Made by a program: the position numbers and the translations under genes. A stretch of DNA of 64,000 bases from the human T2T-CHM13v2.0 reference genome, Homo sapiens, in assembly GCF_009914755.1 (NCBI RefSeq), contig NC_060925.1. One strand, given 5' to 3'. Every line of letters begins with the position of its first letter. Within the stretch, counting starts at the first letter, position 1. The notes beneath the pieces were generated by a model. It searched no databases, was not told the origin of the DNA, and was given only the letters and a program-made list of their open reading frames with translations. Below are positions 30,707 to 54,738 of this stretch, piece after piece.

Positions 30707-32855
30707 GGGAGATAATTAATTTCATTTCTTCATTCTCACTGACTTCAATGAGGAGATTTAGAATAGGAAAAGAAAATTAGTATACGAACAAGTTGAGACG
30801 AAACAGAACTGACATAAGAAGAACATAAAAAGCAGAGTCCATAAATCTTGCAGTATGGTAGCCTAGGTTTCATCTTAATAGCACTAATACAGACACAAAA
30901 TAAAATGATAGTTTGATGAGGTAAGTACAGTTTTTCAGGCCTGTCTTACAGGTGGTAAATCTGAAGCACAGATTAAGTTACTTGTTCAAGGTCACAGTGC
31001 TGGAAAATGGTAAAGTCAGGATTTGAGCACAGGCTTTCTGGCTCTAGGGCTGTGCTCTTAATAATTATTCCAAATGCATGGCGTTTGTGCTTTGTACTCC
31101 CTTATTAGATGTTACATACAATATTCTTTTGTTTATATATCCCTTTGATGATCAGAATCTGAACTTTTCTAAACTGTAACAGTTTCTTAGGAAGGTGATA
31201 AGTTAGACGACAAATCTATAATTAGAGTTTCTTTTACTTTTGGAGCATGGATTTTGAAAGTGAATGATTAACGATGATTGACATTCTTATCAGATTTTTA
31301 TTTACTTTCTTTTAACTATTTGGATAATAAAGTAATGATGCTTGCCTGAATAACAGCAGTTCTCTGTTGGGCTTTGTGCTTTATACATGGAAAGAGGGCC
31401 TTGGTCTATTGCAAGGATACTAAACAGTGACTGTATAGCATGTTAACAATGTTTTAATAAATATTTTTAGCAATTATGAGCTAACTTAAGCCTTTTTAAA
31501 ATGGAATATTTATTATTTACTTTGTGCCTAGTAATGTGTTAGTGCTAAGACTAAAAGAGCAAAGCAAATGCCATTCCTGCCTTCAGAGTGCTTACAGTCT
31601 AGCAGGCAAGATTGATATTAAACACATATTCAAAAAAAGGGTATGAGTTTTTTAAAGAGAGGTAGTGCTAAATCCTCTGGGAACATCCTCTGATCTCATC
31701 TAAATTTGAAACCCTAGGTTCTCTGGGAATCTATAGCAAGAACTAATCCAAGTTAGGGGTCAGAGAAGATGTGAAGAATGAGTAGGATTTAGTCAGCTGA
31801 AGAGAATGAGGCTATGGGGAAGCGTGTTCTAGGAAGAGGAGAAATATATTCAGCCTCAGAGATGTGCAAAAAAGAACTTAAACTGCAGAGACTTTCGGGA
31901 GAAAACAAACAAACAAAAAAACCGAGCAGACAAAAAAAATGCTTAAAGAAATTAAATAAATGGATCGTAGAGTGCAAGGTGAGGAGAGCTCAGGAGCTCA
32001 GGAGGGGCTTAAAATTAGGCTGGAGAAGACGTTAGGAACTAAATTATAAAGAACCCTGCTATTTATGATAAGGAATTGGGCTTTATGCAAAGGGCAGTGG
32101 AAAACTGTTCAAAAGATTTTAAGCAGGGCAGTCATTAATTTTGTGGCTCTATCAAAAACATTAGGCCAATTATTTAAACTTGGGCAATTCATTTGATCTT
32201 CCTAGTTCTAAATTTTCTCATTTTTAGAGTAGGGGACTTGGATTAGCCCTTTCAGATCAAAGATCCCTAATGTGAGTTTATGCACCCTGAGAGGATCATG
32301 TCTAGAAAGAAGTAACAGAGTATCCTCATCCATCCTGCTCTCTGTTCTTTTCCTTTTCCTTTCAGATTTCAATATCAATTTTCTCATGAGGCGTATTTTA
32401 GTCAGTATTTTGGAGAAGGCATTCTAATGACTCCTATGTCTATTTTTTTGAAATAAAATTCATTTTGTCATTATAAAGGTAATATAGAAAATTTTTTAAG
32501 CATAGAAAATGAAGAAGAAAGCAATCATAATCATGGATGTCATGCTACTGAAACCCTTGGGATATAACTAGAATGGAAGTCAGGCTGGTAAAGCAAATCC
32601 CATGAGAGGAGAGAGTGATTACTGGGAGAGGGGAATGTTTGGGGGGGTAGAATAATCTTCAGATTCCTGAAGGACTATAGTGCAGAAGTTGGAATAGAAG
32701 ACAGAATTATGGTTAATGAGTAGAAGCTACTAGAGATACAGATTTTAACTCAATTTGGGAAAAACAAAACTAGCAATTGCAACTGTCCACCAGAAAATTA
32801 GTGAATTCCTCTGAATGCCCATAGGTATTCTAGTAAATTACTACATGTACTTCAA

Positions 32856-33342
32856 GGTTGCCAGTAGAAGGTGTTCAGGTTCTTGGCATCTCGAACAAAG
32901 AATTAGACAAAATGCACACACAACGTGAGGAAACCAAAGCACGGATTTACTGAAAACAAAAGTACACTCCACAGTGTGGGAGCGGGCCTGATCATAAGAG
33001 CCCCGCTTACAGAATTTTCTGGAGTTTCAATACTGTAGAGGTTTCCCATTGGTTACTTGGTGTATATTCTATGTAAATGAAGAGAATGAAGTCACAGAGT
33101 CATTTACTCAGACTGCGCCCTATTTTAAATGGAGAGGATGTTGCTTGGTGTGTGTGGTCTATGTAAATGGAGAGGATGAATGTGAAGTTACAAAGTGTAA
33201 ATGTTGTGGAGAGGATGAAGTGGAGTTGCAAAGCCATTCACATTCCTGTCATTACTGAAGTGCTTTCACTTGATATAATTTTAGGACATTAGTGTGGATC
33301 GGGCTTGTGTTCCCTGCCTCCAGGCCCTATTCTCCTGCCTCA
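32856..33342 (-). mobile_element. ERV1 solo LTR of the MER51/MER61/LTR15 group
   Basis: Minus strand begins tgaggcaggagaatagggcctggaggcagggaac and ends ...caagaacctgaacaccttctactggcaa, with internal catcctctccattta repeats. Confidence 0.8.
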
Positions 33343-33524
33343 GCCTCCTGAGTAGCTGGGATTACAGGTGTGAGCCACTACACCCAGCTAATTTTTCTAT
33401 TTTTAGTAGAGACAGGGTTTCACCATGTTGGCCAGGCTAGTCTTGTACTCCTTGCCTCAAGTGATCCACCTGCATTGGCCTCCCAAAGTGCTGGGGTTAC
33501 AGGTGTGAGCCACTGTGCCCAGGC
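33329..33524 (-). mobile_element. 3'-truncated AluS fused to the LTR terminus
   Basis: Alu left arm, linker and part of the right arm are present. The poly(A) tail and last ~90 nt are absent. Confidence 0.9.
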
Positions 33525-35650
33525 TGAATTTGAATGTTGACCTGTCTTGCTAGGTTGACGAAGTTCTCCTGGATGATATCCTGAAGGATGTTTTCCAACC
33601 TGGTTATTTTCTCCCCATCTCTTTCAGGTACCCCAGTCAGTCATAGGTTTGTTCTCTTTACATAATCCCATATTTCTCGGAGGTTTTGTTCATTCCTTTT
33701 TATTCTTTTTTCTCTATTCTTGTTTGCCTGTCTTATTTCCGAAAGATAGTCTTCAAGCTCTGAAATTCTTTCCCCTCTTTGGTCTATTCTGCTATTTATA
33801 CTTGTGATTGCATTGTGAAGTTCTCATGTTGTGTTTTACAGCTCCATTAGTTAGTTATGTTCCTCTCTAACCTGGCTATTCTGGCTATCAGCTCCTGTAT
33901 TGTTTTATCATGATTCTTAGCTTTGTTGCATTGGGTTATGTATTAATTCGTTCTCACACTGCTAATAAAGACATACTCGAGACTAGAGAATTGATAAAGG
34001 AAAGAAGTTTAATTGACTCACAGTTCAGAATGGCTGGGGAGGCCTCAGGAAACTTACAATAATGGCAGAAGGGGAAGCAGACACGTTCTTCTTCACATGG
34101 TGGTAGGAGAGAGAATGAGTGCCCGGTAAAGGGAGAAGCCCCCCTTATAAAACCATCAGATCTCATGAGAACTGTCTGTCATGAGAACAGGATGAGGGAA
34201 ACTACCCCCATGATTCAGTTATCTCCACCTGAGCCCTCCCATGACACCTGGGGATTATGAGAACTACAATTCAAGATGAGATTTGGGTGGGGACACAGCC
34301 AAACCATATCAGGTTACAACATGCTCCTTTAGCTTAGTGAAGTTCATTACCACCCACCTTCTGAAGCCTACTTCTGTCATTTCAGCCATCTCAGCCTCAA
34401 CCTAGTTCTGTGTTCTTGCTGGAGAAGTGTTAACGGTCATTTGGAAGAGAACAGACTCTCTGGCTTTTTTGAGGTTTTAGCATTTTTGCATTGATCGTTT
34501 CTCATCTTTGTGGGCTTATCTACCTTTGATTTTTGAGGTTGCTGACCTTTGAGTGAGGTTTTTGTGGGGTCTTTTTTGTTGATATTGTTGTAGTTTTCTG
34601 TTTGTTTTTCTTTTTAACAATCAGGCCACTCTATCTATCGTAGGACTGCTGTGGTTTGCTGGGGGTCCAATCCAGACCCCAGTTGCCTCAGTTTTTCCTG
34701 TACCTGGAGGTATCACCAGTGTAGGCTGAGAAAAAGCAAAGGTGGCAGCTAGCTCCTTCCACTGGAAGCTCCATCCTAGGGGGATACTGACCTTTTGCCA
34801 GCCCACACACACCTGTAGGAGGTGGCTGAAGACCCACATTGGGAATTGTCACCCAGTCAGGAGGAACGGGATGAGGGACCCACCCAAAGAAGCAGTCTGG
34901 CTGCTTTTTGGTAGAGCAGGTATGCTGTGTTGGAGGAGGTCCCTTCCTTGTTTGGACCACCTATATTCTCCATAGCTGGCAGACTAGAGCAGCTGACTTG
35001 ACTGAACCATAGAGGTGGTGGCTGCCTCTCCCCCCCAGGAACTCAGAGTTGTCTCTGATGGACTCTAATCCACTGCCATTGGCTGGCTGGGATTCCACGC
35101 CAGTCGGTCTTAACTTGTGAGGTGCTGTGGAAGTGGGGCCCACAGAACGTCGCTGCTTGACTCCCTGGATTCAGCTCCCTTCCTAGGAATATATACAGAT
35201 GGATTTCCCACCTTTCTGGGAATCCTGGGGCTGGTGTATTTAAAACTCCTGGGTCTCTGCATGTACCTAAGTGGCTACTCTGCCGTGACTCCACATAGCT
35301 CTGTGTATCAGACCCAAGGCCCTGTTGGCATGGTCTCATGAGGGGACTCTCCTGATAGGTGAGTTGCAAAGATCTGTGGGAGAAGTGTGGTTTCCCAGGT
35401 GGGGTTGCACAATCACTGTTTCCCTTGGCTGGGGGTGGAGTTTCTTTTGGCTCTATGCCACTCCTGGGTGGGCTGTCACTGCCCTGCCTGCCCCACACTA
35501 CTTTTCTTTGTTCTCTCTGGGTCAGGTGGTTTGCCTAGTCAGTCCCAGTGTAACCACCTGGATATTTCGGTGCTGAATTCACTCTTCCTTTTTCATTCCT
35601 CTCCATGAGTGTAATGGACCACAGCTGTTTCTAATCGGCCATCTTGGATT
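33525..35650 (-). mobile_element. Older primate L1 (L1PA13-16/L1PB-like): 5' UTR and 5' part of ORF1 only
   Basis: Minus-strand start ccaagatggccgattagaaacagc with a YY1 motif at 35637-35645, GC-rich 5' UTR, and ORF1-like sequence at about 33525-34480. Confidence 0.85.
33939..34311 (-). mobile_element. THE1 (B/C-like) solo LTR inserted in L1 ORF1
   Basis: tgtattaattcgttctcacactgctaataaag...ccaaaccatatca with TSD GGTTA at 33934-33938 and 34312-34316. Confidence 0.92.
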
Positions 35651-36373
35651 GATCTCTGAAGCTAATCTAAAAGGTGAGGAAACTAAGGTTATGGGAAGTT
35701 AAGGAAACTGGCTAAGACATCAGGACTCAGTGACAAAGCTGGGATTTATATTTCAAATTCAGCAGCTGTAATTTTTTTTCCATTGTATGCATCTTCTAAA
35801 ATAAATAATCCTGTATATTAGAGATATAGAGGCAACAGACCAATTCTTGTTTCCTGGAGAGTTTGGGAAACTTCCTAGAATTCCAAGACACACAAGTACC
35901 ATAAGTGTAAATATCCTTCCAAAGCCATTTGCCTTCACCTGGGTGCCTAAAGCTTCAATGCCCAGATATGCCATAGAAATACAGATCATTCTGTAGCTGG
36001 AGTTGTCCCATTACAACTCTGGGTTTATGAAATGTGCATCTGGTGAAATACATGAGCCTTTGTCTTCAGATTATGAGTGGAATGTGATAATATAAAGAGA
36101 AACTTCTTTTAATACAGATAATGCATTTTTCTTTATCACAGACCTTCCACAAATTCTGCTGTTCTATTTGGGTATTTGACAATGGACTTTGTAATGTATG
36201 ACAGTGCATATGGGAAAATAAAATGTTCATGTGGGGTATGGGGAAAGAGAATTCTCAGCAAATGAATTGGAATTATAATATAAAGCAGTATAGCATTAGG
36301 ATTTGAATATAAAATCATATAAAGCCATATAACACTGGATATAGGTGGTTAAGAAGTGGATAAAAAAATTTCA

Positions 36374-43449
<7,076 letters not shown>

Positions 43450-43469
43450 AATTGTAAGTCAGAGACGAT

Positions 43470-44010
43470 CTGTGCAAGTATCTGTTTGAGTCCCTGTTTT
43501 CAGTTATTTTGGGTATATACCTAGGAGTGGAATTGCTTGCTTAAATCATAATTCTATATTTAACTATTAAGGAACCACCATACTGTTTTCACAGCAGCTC
43601 AACCATTTTACATTATCACCAGCAATGCAGAAGGTTCTAATTTCTCCACTCTTCACTAACATATGTTATTTTCCATTTTTTGATTCTAGCCATCCTAGTT
43701 TGTGTAAAGTGGCATCTCATTGTGATTCTGATTGCATTTCCTTAATGACTAATTATGTTGAGTATCTTTTCTCGTGCTTATTAGCCATTTGTATATCTTC
43801 TTTGGAGAAATATCTATTCAGATTTTTTACCTATTTTTAAATTTTTTTATTTTTATTGTCAAGTAAACTTTTTTATATATTATGGACAGCAAATCCTTAT
43901 CAGCTATATGACACAGATATTTTCTTCCGTTTTGCAGGTTGTCTTTTCACTTTCAAGAAAGTGTTTTTGTTAAAAAAGTTTTAAACTTGCTTGAAGTCTC
44001 ACTATTTTTG
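43470..44010 (-). mobile_element. L1M ORF2 3'-region fragment
   Basis: Typical motifs tttgggtatatacctaggagtggaattgct and tgcatttccttaatgactaat. Confidence 0.8.
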
Positions 44011-45656
44011 CTTTTTTTAAAGAAAGCAAACCTTTATGTAATAATGAGTGCAAACGGCTTTGTTGACACTTACAGAAATAATAGCTAAATTTAATGCAAA
44101 TTTGTGTGAATTGAATAACTTTGTTACATTTTCTAAGCTTTATCTTTCTATGAAATAGGGTCCCATTCACCTATAAAGGATATTTTGGGATTTTTCACTA
44201 AAACTTATAAAATCTGAGAATGTGCTTAGGAGACTGGAGATAAATTTTGTGAGCCTATTATCTAGTTAGTAATGACACCATCTTATTAAATTTCAAGGTG
44301 TTAAATATAGCCCATTCAAATACTCGTATATGTAATCTAATTATTATTGTTATAGAAGTTAAAGCTCCCTTGCTGATCCTATGATTCTTCTAAGCTGCTG
44401 AACATAGAGACACATGACTGAGCAGTAGGAGGTGCTTATTGCTTCCAGAGTTGCACTATGCTTGCCTTGATGGCGTAGAATGGCCATAAAGATGACTGTG
44501 GAAACAGTGATTTCTAAACTCTTCTCAGAGTTTTGGATATGCTCCATATCCAAATGAAACAGATGACTGTGTTCTGTTCTGTAGATTTTACTACTTTTCT
44601 CTGCCAGTAGCCTCTCACATTTGTCACGCAATAGGAACCAAGCAAGAGAATCTGGACAGATCAGCTCACATCTATTGCCCTGTTAAAGTAACTCAAAGAT
44701 ATGCCCAAAGAATTGGATACTTGTTTCATCATTGGATAAGCTGGAACTGTCTATAAGTGGCTAGGATGTATCATGCCTTATCACAAGAAATAGCAGAAAA
44801 AAAATATATAGTCTTTGATTTCATTAAATTCCTTTGTTTGTTTGTTTGTTTGTTTATTTTTGGACACAGGGTCTCTCTCTGTCACCCAGGCTGGAGTGCA
44901 GTGGTGGTGCTAACATATCTCACTGCAGCCTTGAACTCTTGGCTGAAGCAATCCTCCTGCCTCAGCCTTCTGAGTAGCTGGGACTACCAGTGCATGCCAC
45001 CATGCCCAGCTAACTTTTTCATTTTTTTGTAGAAATGGGGCCTCACTTTGTTGCTCAGGCTGTTCTTGAACTCCTGGCCTCATGTGATCCTCTCACCTTG
45101 GCCTCCTAAAGTGCTGGGATTGCAGGCCAGATGAGCCACTGCACCCAGCCAATTTCACAAAGTTTCAGTATTCTCAGAAAAGAACATACTCATATCTAGA
45201 AATGTCTTATGACTTAAAAAGCAAAGTATAACCATGTGCATATTAATAGGGCACAAAGTGAATCTGGTAGAGTGCCAGCTGTGTCTAATCTGATAAGTTT
45301 ATTTCATATGGAAAATGTGTGTCAATCTTAGATGAGGCTAATTTGTTGAAAATAACTGAATTCTGGTCTCTTTTAGATTGTCAGAAAGGGATTCATTTAA
45401 CAGTAAAATTTAATCCAGATATATGTAGTCATATGTTTTTAAACTTTTTAAACCCTGAAAATCATTGAAATATGTGCCATTTTAATAGTATCAGCTTCTG
45501 ATTGCTTTTATTCCATCATCATGTGATATACTCCTCATTAAGCAGCACCAGTAACCAGAGTTTAATTATTGTGTAGCACTGTGTGAAAGCTTTTGTCTCT
45601 TTATCATATATGGCACAGACAGTACTCTTGGTTGTAAGTAGGGATATCCAGCATAG

Positions 45657-45917
<261 letters not shown>

Positions 45918-46789
45918 TGATCTGCCCACCTTGGCCTCCCAAAGTGCTAGGATTACAGGTGTGAGCCACTGCGCCCGACCTCTACATGCTTATTTCTAAG
46001 AGCTATATAATAAAACAATATAACTATACAGATTTTGATGGTTTCCTCCAGAGCCTTTGCCTTGCTTATCATTGCTGTGTGAGAAGGGTAGCAGCACTAA
46101 ACCTTGTGTTTCTAGAGATAGAAGTTTGTCCCTGTGTACTGTCGATTAGGACAGGCAGTTTTTCTTGTCTTGCCTGAAGAAAAACGTAACTTTTTTGAGA
46201 TACAATCTTTCTGATAAGGTAAATATGTTTAGCAAAGCCTTATTTTGTGGAAATTTTCCAAGGCTTGACCCTGTAACTTCTATAGTAGAGAAAAGGGCAG
46301 TGCTTTCAAACTTTTAGCTCTTCTCCTGGTTGGTTGCCTGCCATGGTCGTATTTTAAATTGAGTAGCAAGTAAATAAATACTTAGCTTCTCTCTATAAAT
46401 GAGCTGTCTGCAAAGGGTTTCTTTGTACTATATGACTGTTGTAAAGTTTCAATGGAGTAATTATAGGAAAAGAAAAAGAACAGATTTTTACTTAGTGCTG
46501 TGTTAATGCCAGTGTTTGTATGCAATAAAAATGACTGGCCACTCATTGTTTCAGAAAATAGATCTTAACACTCAAAAGAAACAAATTCTAAAACTTTAAT
46601 AACTTTGAGGAACACTCTTTAAATACCTAGACTTTAGATACATACTATTGTCCAGGATAGATTTCCCAGCATATTTATCTACAACAGATCTTAAATATTG
46701 AAAACTAACAGAAGTTGTTGCATAAATTTTTCTGCAATTAGATAAGAACATTTTTATGGCTGGTCTGCAAACAGTCCGTAAAGATAGTT

Positions 46790-47230
46790 GCTGCCTATCA
46801 TACTTAGAGTTAAGGGATGAACTCCATTCTTTATTTTCTAAACTGTGATTGCATTATCCTAAAATCCAGTGGTTTTTCTCACATACAGTCTAGGATTGAG
46901 AGGTCCAAGGCCAGTAGGGTGCCTCTGCCTCCTCTCAAGCTGCTTCCATTGATGGGTTCAGGGATTTGTTAGAGCTTTTACCATCTCCCTGCCAACAGGG
47001 GAAAGGAAGAGAGAATACATCCCTTCCGTTTTAGGGGCACAAGTATCAAATGACATATATCACTTTTATTTACCAACCAGACCTAATCATATGGCCATAC
47101 CAAGCTGCAGGGATGGCTGGGAATGATCATCTTTAGATAGATAACCACAAGCCCAATTGACAGGAAGGATTATTACTAAAGGAAGAAGCAGAGTGGATAC
47201 TGAAGTACAACTTTAGTAGTCTCTGCCACA
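46790..47230. mobile_element. Old MaLR LTR (MLT1J/K-like)
   Basis: Diverged motifs catatggccataccaagctgcagggatggctgggaa and terminal agtctctgccaca. Confidence 0.55.
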
Positions 47231-47359
47231 GTAATACCTCTAAATGCATACATATGAGTCTGTAGGAACAGTCCTACAAAGGACTGGTGAAGCTTTATAT
47301 TAATATATAGTGGTTTCCCTTTCTTTACTGTCTGCAGAAAGATTCTGGCTAGATTTTTT

Positions 47360-48995
<1,636 letters not shown>

Positions 48996-49577
48996 TGGCT
49001 AGATTTTTAAGACTTTCACAGTAATGTTTCTGAATTCACCTTCTTGCTTTTACATGCAATCTTGTCAATGATGGGACCTGAAATGACCTCACAACACTTA
49101 AATATCGCTGAAAAGAGTGATCCAGAAGCTGAACAAAGTTTTATATTCATAAGCCAGATAAATAAATACAAGATAAGAAGCATGTCAACCCAGAGGGGAA
49201 AAGGGCCAAAAGGGAAAATATGATAGTCACAAATATGAAGTTTTTTTGTATTAAAATACAGGTTAACGAAGAGATCTAACCAGATAGTTGCTTAAACAAG
49301 AAAGATCTTCATTTTTGTCTTTTAGTGTCAGTTTCAGTATACACAATCCAAATTTGATGTGGTGGCTGCGTTGAAGTCAGGAAATCAGACTCGCTCTACT
49401 ATCTCAAAGGAGAGCATATCTCGTCCTTTGAAGGAAGTTTCACACATTAATTTTATTCATTCCATTGGTGAAAACTTGTCACTGGCCATACCTAGGTGCA
49501 AACAGCACTTGGAAGCATAATCTTTAGCTGAAGGCCGTGTGCCCAACTAAGACTTACATTACTAAATAACAAGCAGG

Positions 49578-49961
49578 TGTCTTAGTCAACTCGGACTGCC
49601 ATAACCAAACACCGTATACAATATCACTTAAACAATGAATATTTATGTCTGCAGTTTTGGAGGCTGGGAAATACAAGATCAGTGTTCCAGTAGATTTGGT
49701 TCCTGGTGAGAACTCTTTTCCTGGCTTGCAGATAGCCACCTTTTTGTTGTATTCTCACATGGCAGAGAGGGAGAGTTTTGGTTTCTCTTCCTCTTCTTGT
49801 AAGGACACTAATAATCATGGGGGCTCCACCCTCATGACTTTATCAAAACCTAGTTACCTCTCAAAGGCTGCACCTCCAAATGCCATCACATTGGCTGTTA
49901 GGGCTTCAGTATCTCAGTGTGGGAGTGGGTTGGGGAGGACATAAACATTCGGTTCATATCA
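49578..49961 (-). mobile_element. MLT1A-like solo LTR nested in an older MLT1-like remnant (about 49260-50005)
   Basis: tgtcttagtc...aaacattcggttcatatca termini. Confidence 0.8.
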
Positions 49962-50286
49962 GGGAAAATGCACACTTAGAGGAAATTGGCAGGTTATGCT
50001 TCCAATTACATCAGTATTACAGATTTATAAATATGTGTTGATATTATGTATACATCAGAATATATAATGTATGTATGTGTTGATATTATGTATACATCAG
50101 AAGACAAACATTGAGGACTTACATTGGAGACACTGTTATGGCGATTGCAAAGACTGCCTTTAGTGAGATTTCCAGAATTTAACAGCTGGTGGAAGGGGAG
50201 GCAGTTATAGTGTTATAACTTTATAAATGTTATTTCTAAACTGAAAATGCCATTTTAATTTTCCAAACACAATCACTGCAGATCTA

Positions 50287-50598
<312 letters not shown>

Positions 50599-51669
50599 CT
50601 AGCACTCCAGCCTGGGTGACAGAGTGAGACTCTGTCTTAAAAAAAAAAAAAAAAAAGCCCAAAAAACATGTATACGTGTATTGAGTGCCTGTCATGTGTC
50701 AGGGATACAGGGGTAAGTTGTCTGTAACCAGAAATACAATTATGTTTGGCCTCAAACAGAAAGCAGAGTCTTCTCATCCTGAAATATTGCAGTTTTAATA
50801 ATAATATAAGAGGCCTTTATAATTTAGAACTTATTATGAAGTAATTATGTTTTGGAAAAATCCCAGGACTGGATGCAAAGAGACTTAAGTGTATGTCCCA
50901 GTTCTGTCACTCATCGGGCAACTGTGGGCTGACCTGTTTCCTCAGGTTTAAATTGAAGGAGTTTATTATATATTTTAGTTTCTACAGTCTCCTTTGTTTC
51001 TATGATTCTGTAGCTCTAATTATCTATAATGTATATATTTATGTGAAATATACTTTATTATCTATAATCTGTACATTTCTATGATTCCATAGCTCCAGTT
51101 ATCTTTAATCTGTAGTCCTAGAGTATTTATTGCAAACCACCTCAAAACAGTGTCATAAAACAATGGCAGTTATGCTCACAGAATCTGCGGAGCAAGAATT
51201 CACACAGGGCCAGGCATGGTGGCTCACGCCTGCAATCCCAGCATTTTGGGTGGCCAAAGTAGGAGAATTGCTTGAGCTCAGGAGTTAGAGATCAGCCTGG
51301 GCAACATAGTGAAACCTCGTCTCTAGAAAAAAAGTTTAAAAATTAGCCAGGCATACTGCTGTGCACCTGTAGTCCCAGCTACCTGGGAGGCTGAGGTTGC
51401 TTGAGCCCAGGAGGTCATGGCTATAGTGAGCCAAAATTGTGCCACTGCGCTTCATCCTGGGAGACAGAGCAAGATCTTTTTTCAAAAAAGAAGAAAAGAA
51501 TTCAGAGCCTGGGCAACAAAGTGAGACCCACCCCCCCGATCTCTACACAAAATTCAAAATTAAAATTTAAAAATTTGTCTCGTACAGTGGCATGTGCTTG
51601 TAGTCTCGGCTATTCAGGAGGCTTGAGGTGGGAGAATTGCTTAAGCCTAGGAGTTAGAGGCTGCAGTGA

Positions 51670-51903
<234 letters not shown>

Positions 51904-52265
51904 TAGTAGAGACGGGGTTTCTCCATGTTGGTCAGGCTGGTCTCGAACTCCCGACCTCAGGCGATCCGCCCGCCTTGACCTCCCAAAGTGCTGGGATTAC
52001 AGGCGTGAGCCACTGCGCCTGGCCAATCCGTGGTTCTTTACTCTTGTGTCAGCCACCTGAAGTGGGATGTTTCAAAGACAGGGCTCAGCTGGGACCATTA
52101 ACTGAAACACCTACTTCGGCTTCTCCGTATGTCTTGAGCTTCTTCACAGCATAGTGCCCTGAATGTCTTACATGGCAGCTCAGGGTTCTCAGAACTGGTG
52201 TTCTCCAAGGGAAAGTTTTTGTCTTATAAAATAATTAAAAATATTTTAGTGTAATAAAAAAATTA

Positions 52266-52406
<141 letters not shown>

Positions 52407-52417
52407 TTAAAAAATTA

Positions 52418-52582
<165 letters not shown>

Positions 52583-52864
52583 TCAAACCAAATTGATGAA
52601 AAGTGTTAAGTATTAGGTAAGTAGAGTTATAAAAGTTTATTTGGGGTCACCAGGAACTTAAAACTGGCATTTATTGGGTGTATACTATATGCTTGGCATT
52701 GGACCATAAGCACTTTTGTGGATTATAATGTGATTTATTCTTCACAACAGCCTTATGCAGAAACCAAGGCTTAGAGAAGTTAAGCATCTTGTCCAGGTCA
52801 TAATGCTAAGTGGCTGAACTGTGACTCAAAACAGATCTAACTCCAATGTTAGTGGCCTAACTAC

Positions 52865-53244
52865 TGTATTAGTCCATTTTCACATGCTAATAAAGACATA
52901 CCTGAGACTGGGCAGTTTGCAAAGGCAAGAGGTTTAATGGAGAAGTCACAGTTCTACCTGGCTGGGGAAGCCTCACAATCGTGGCAGAAGGCAAGGAGGA
53001 GCAAGTCATGTCTTACATGGATGGCAGCAGGCAAAGAGAGAGCTGGTGCAGGGAAACTCCCATTTTTAAAACCATCAGAACTTGTAAGACTCATTCACTA
53101 TCAGGAGAACAGTGCAGGAAAGATTCACCTCCATAATTCAGTCACCTCTGACCAGGTTCCTCTCACAACACATGGGAATTACAATTCAAGTGGGAGTTAC
53201 AACTGAAGATGAGACTTGGATGGGGATGCAGCCAAACCATATCA
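52865..53244 (-). mobile_element. THE1 (B-like) solo LTR
   Basis: tgtattagtccatttt...ccaaaccatatca with TSD ACTAC at 52860-52864 and 53245-53249. Confidence 0.92.
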
Positions 53245-53249
53245 ACTAC

Positions 53250-53972
<723 letters not shown>

Positions 53973-54738
53973 CGTCACTAATAGCACATTACTAATGTGC
54001 ATACCTGGGTTTTGTTTTGTTTTTTTAAACCTGTTTTAATCAGCCTACTTTAGTGCTGTCCTTCCCATTGCCCTCTCTCTTACAAAGATATTGTGGACAG
54101 ATACATTTGTTTTTTATAGACCTACAAACTTTCTTACCATTATCACATGCTGAGACATATAATAAAGGTGTACAATTCTTCAAGGTAAAAATACCTCCAC
54201 ATGGGCATACTCTTTCCTATAGGATAAAATTAGAGTTCTTCCCTCTTTTGAGATGTGAGCATCAATTAATAGCCCCTAAGGAGTTTATTTTCTGCAAAGA
54301 TCAAGATTAATTACAATTGTTTCAAAGTAATCCGGAAATCAATGTGGAAATCTCTGGTTTTATAAAGCTAGTTATCAGCTGCTAACGAACTGTCTAAATA
54401 TGCCAAAAATTGAACTTTATCATGTAGCATTTACCTTCTGAACCATGTATTTATTTATTATGGTCTGTCATGTTTGAATTTTTTGTCTTGTGTTATATAT
54501 ATAAATCTTGCCTCCCTAATAATGAGCTTCCTAAAGATGCACATTTTTGAATCCTCTTTAGTTAGTAAAATGTAATGAATGCATTTGTAGGTGAGCACTA
54601 AATGCTATTAAACTGAATTGTAATTTTCAGATTTAGGTATTTTGTGTACAGTTTCCCTCTAAACTCCACTTTTGAAACACTATTGAAATCAATATGGGGG
54701 ATGCTGTTTTGATACATTCACTCTGCCCTTCAATTTTT

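Noticed and set aside
34620-35610. GC-rich stretch with several ORFs as a host promoter or exon
   Set aside because: It is the L1 5' UTR.
44359-44631. 90-aa minus-strand ORF in unique sequence
   Set aside because: Non-ATG start and no recognisable homology.
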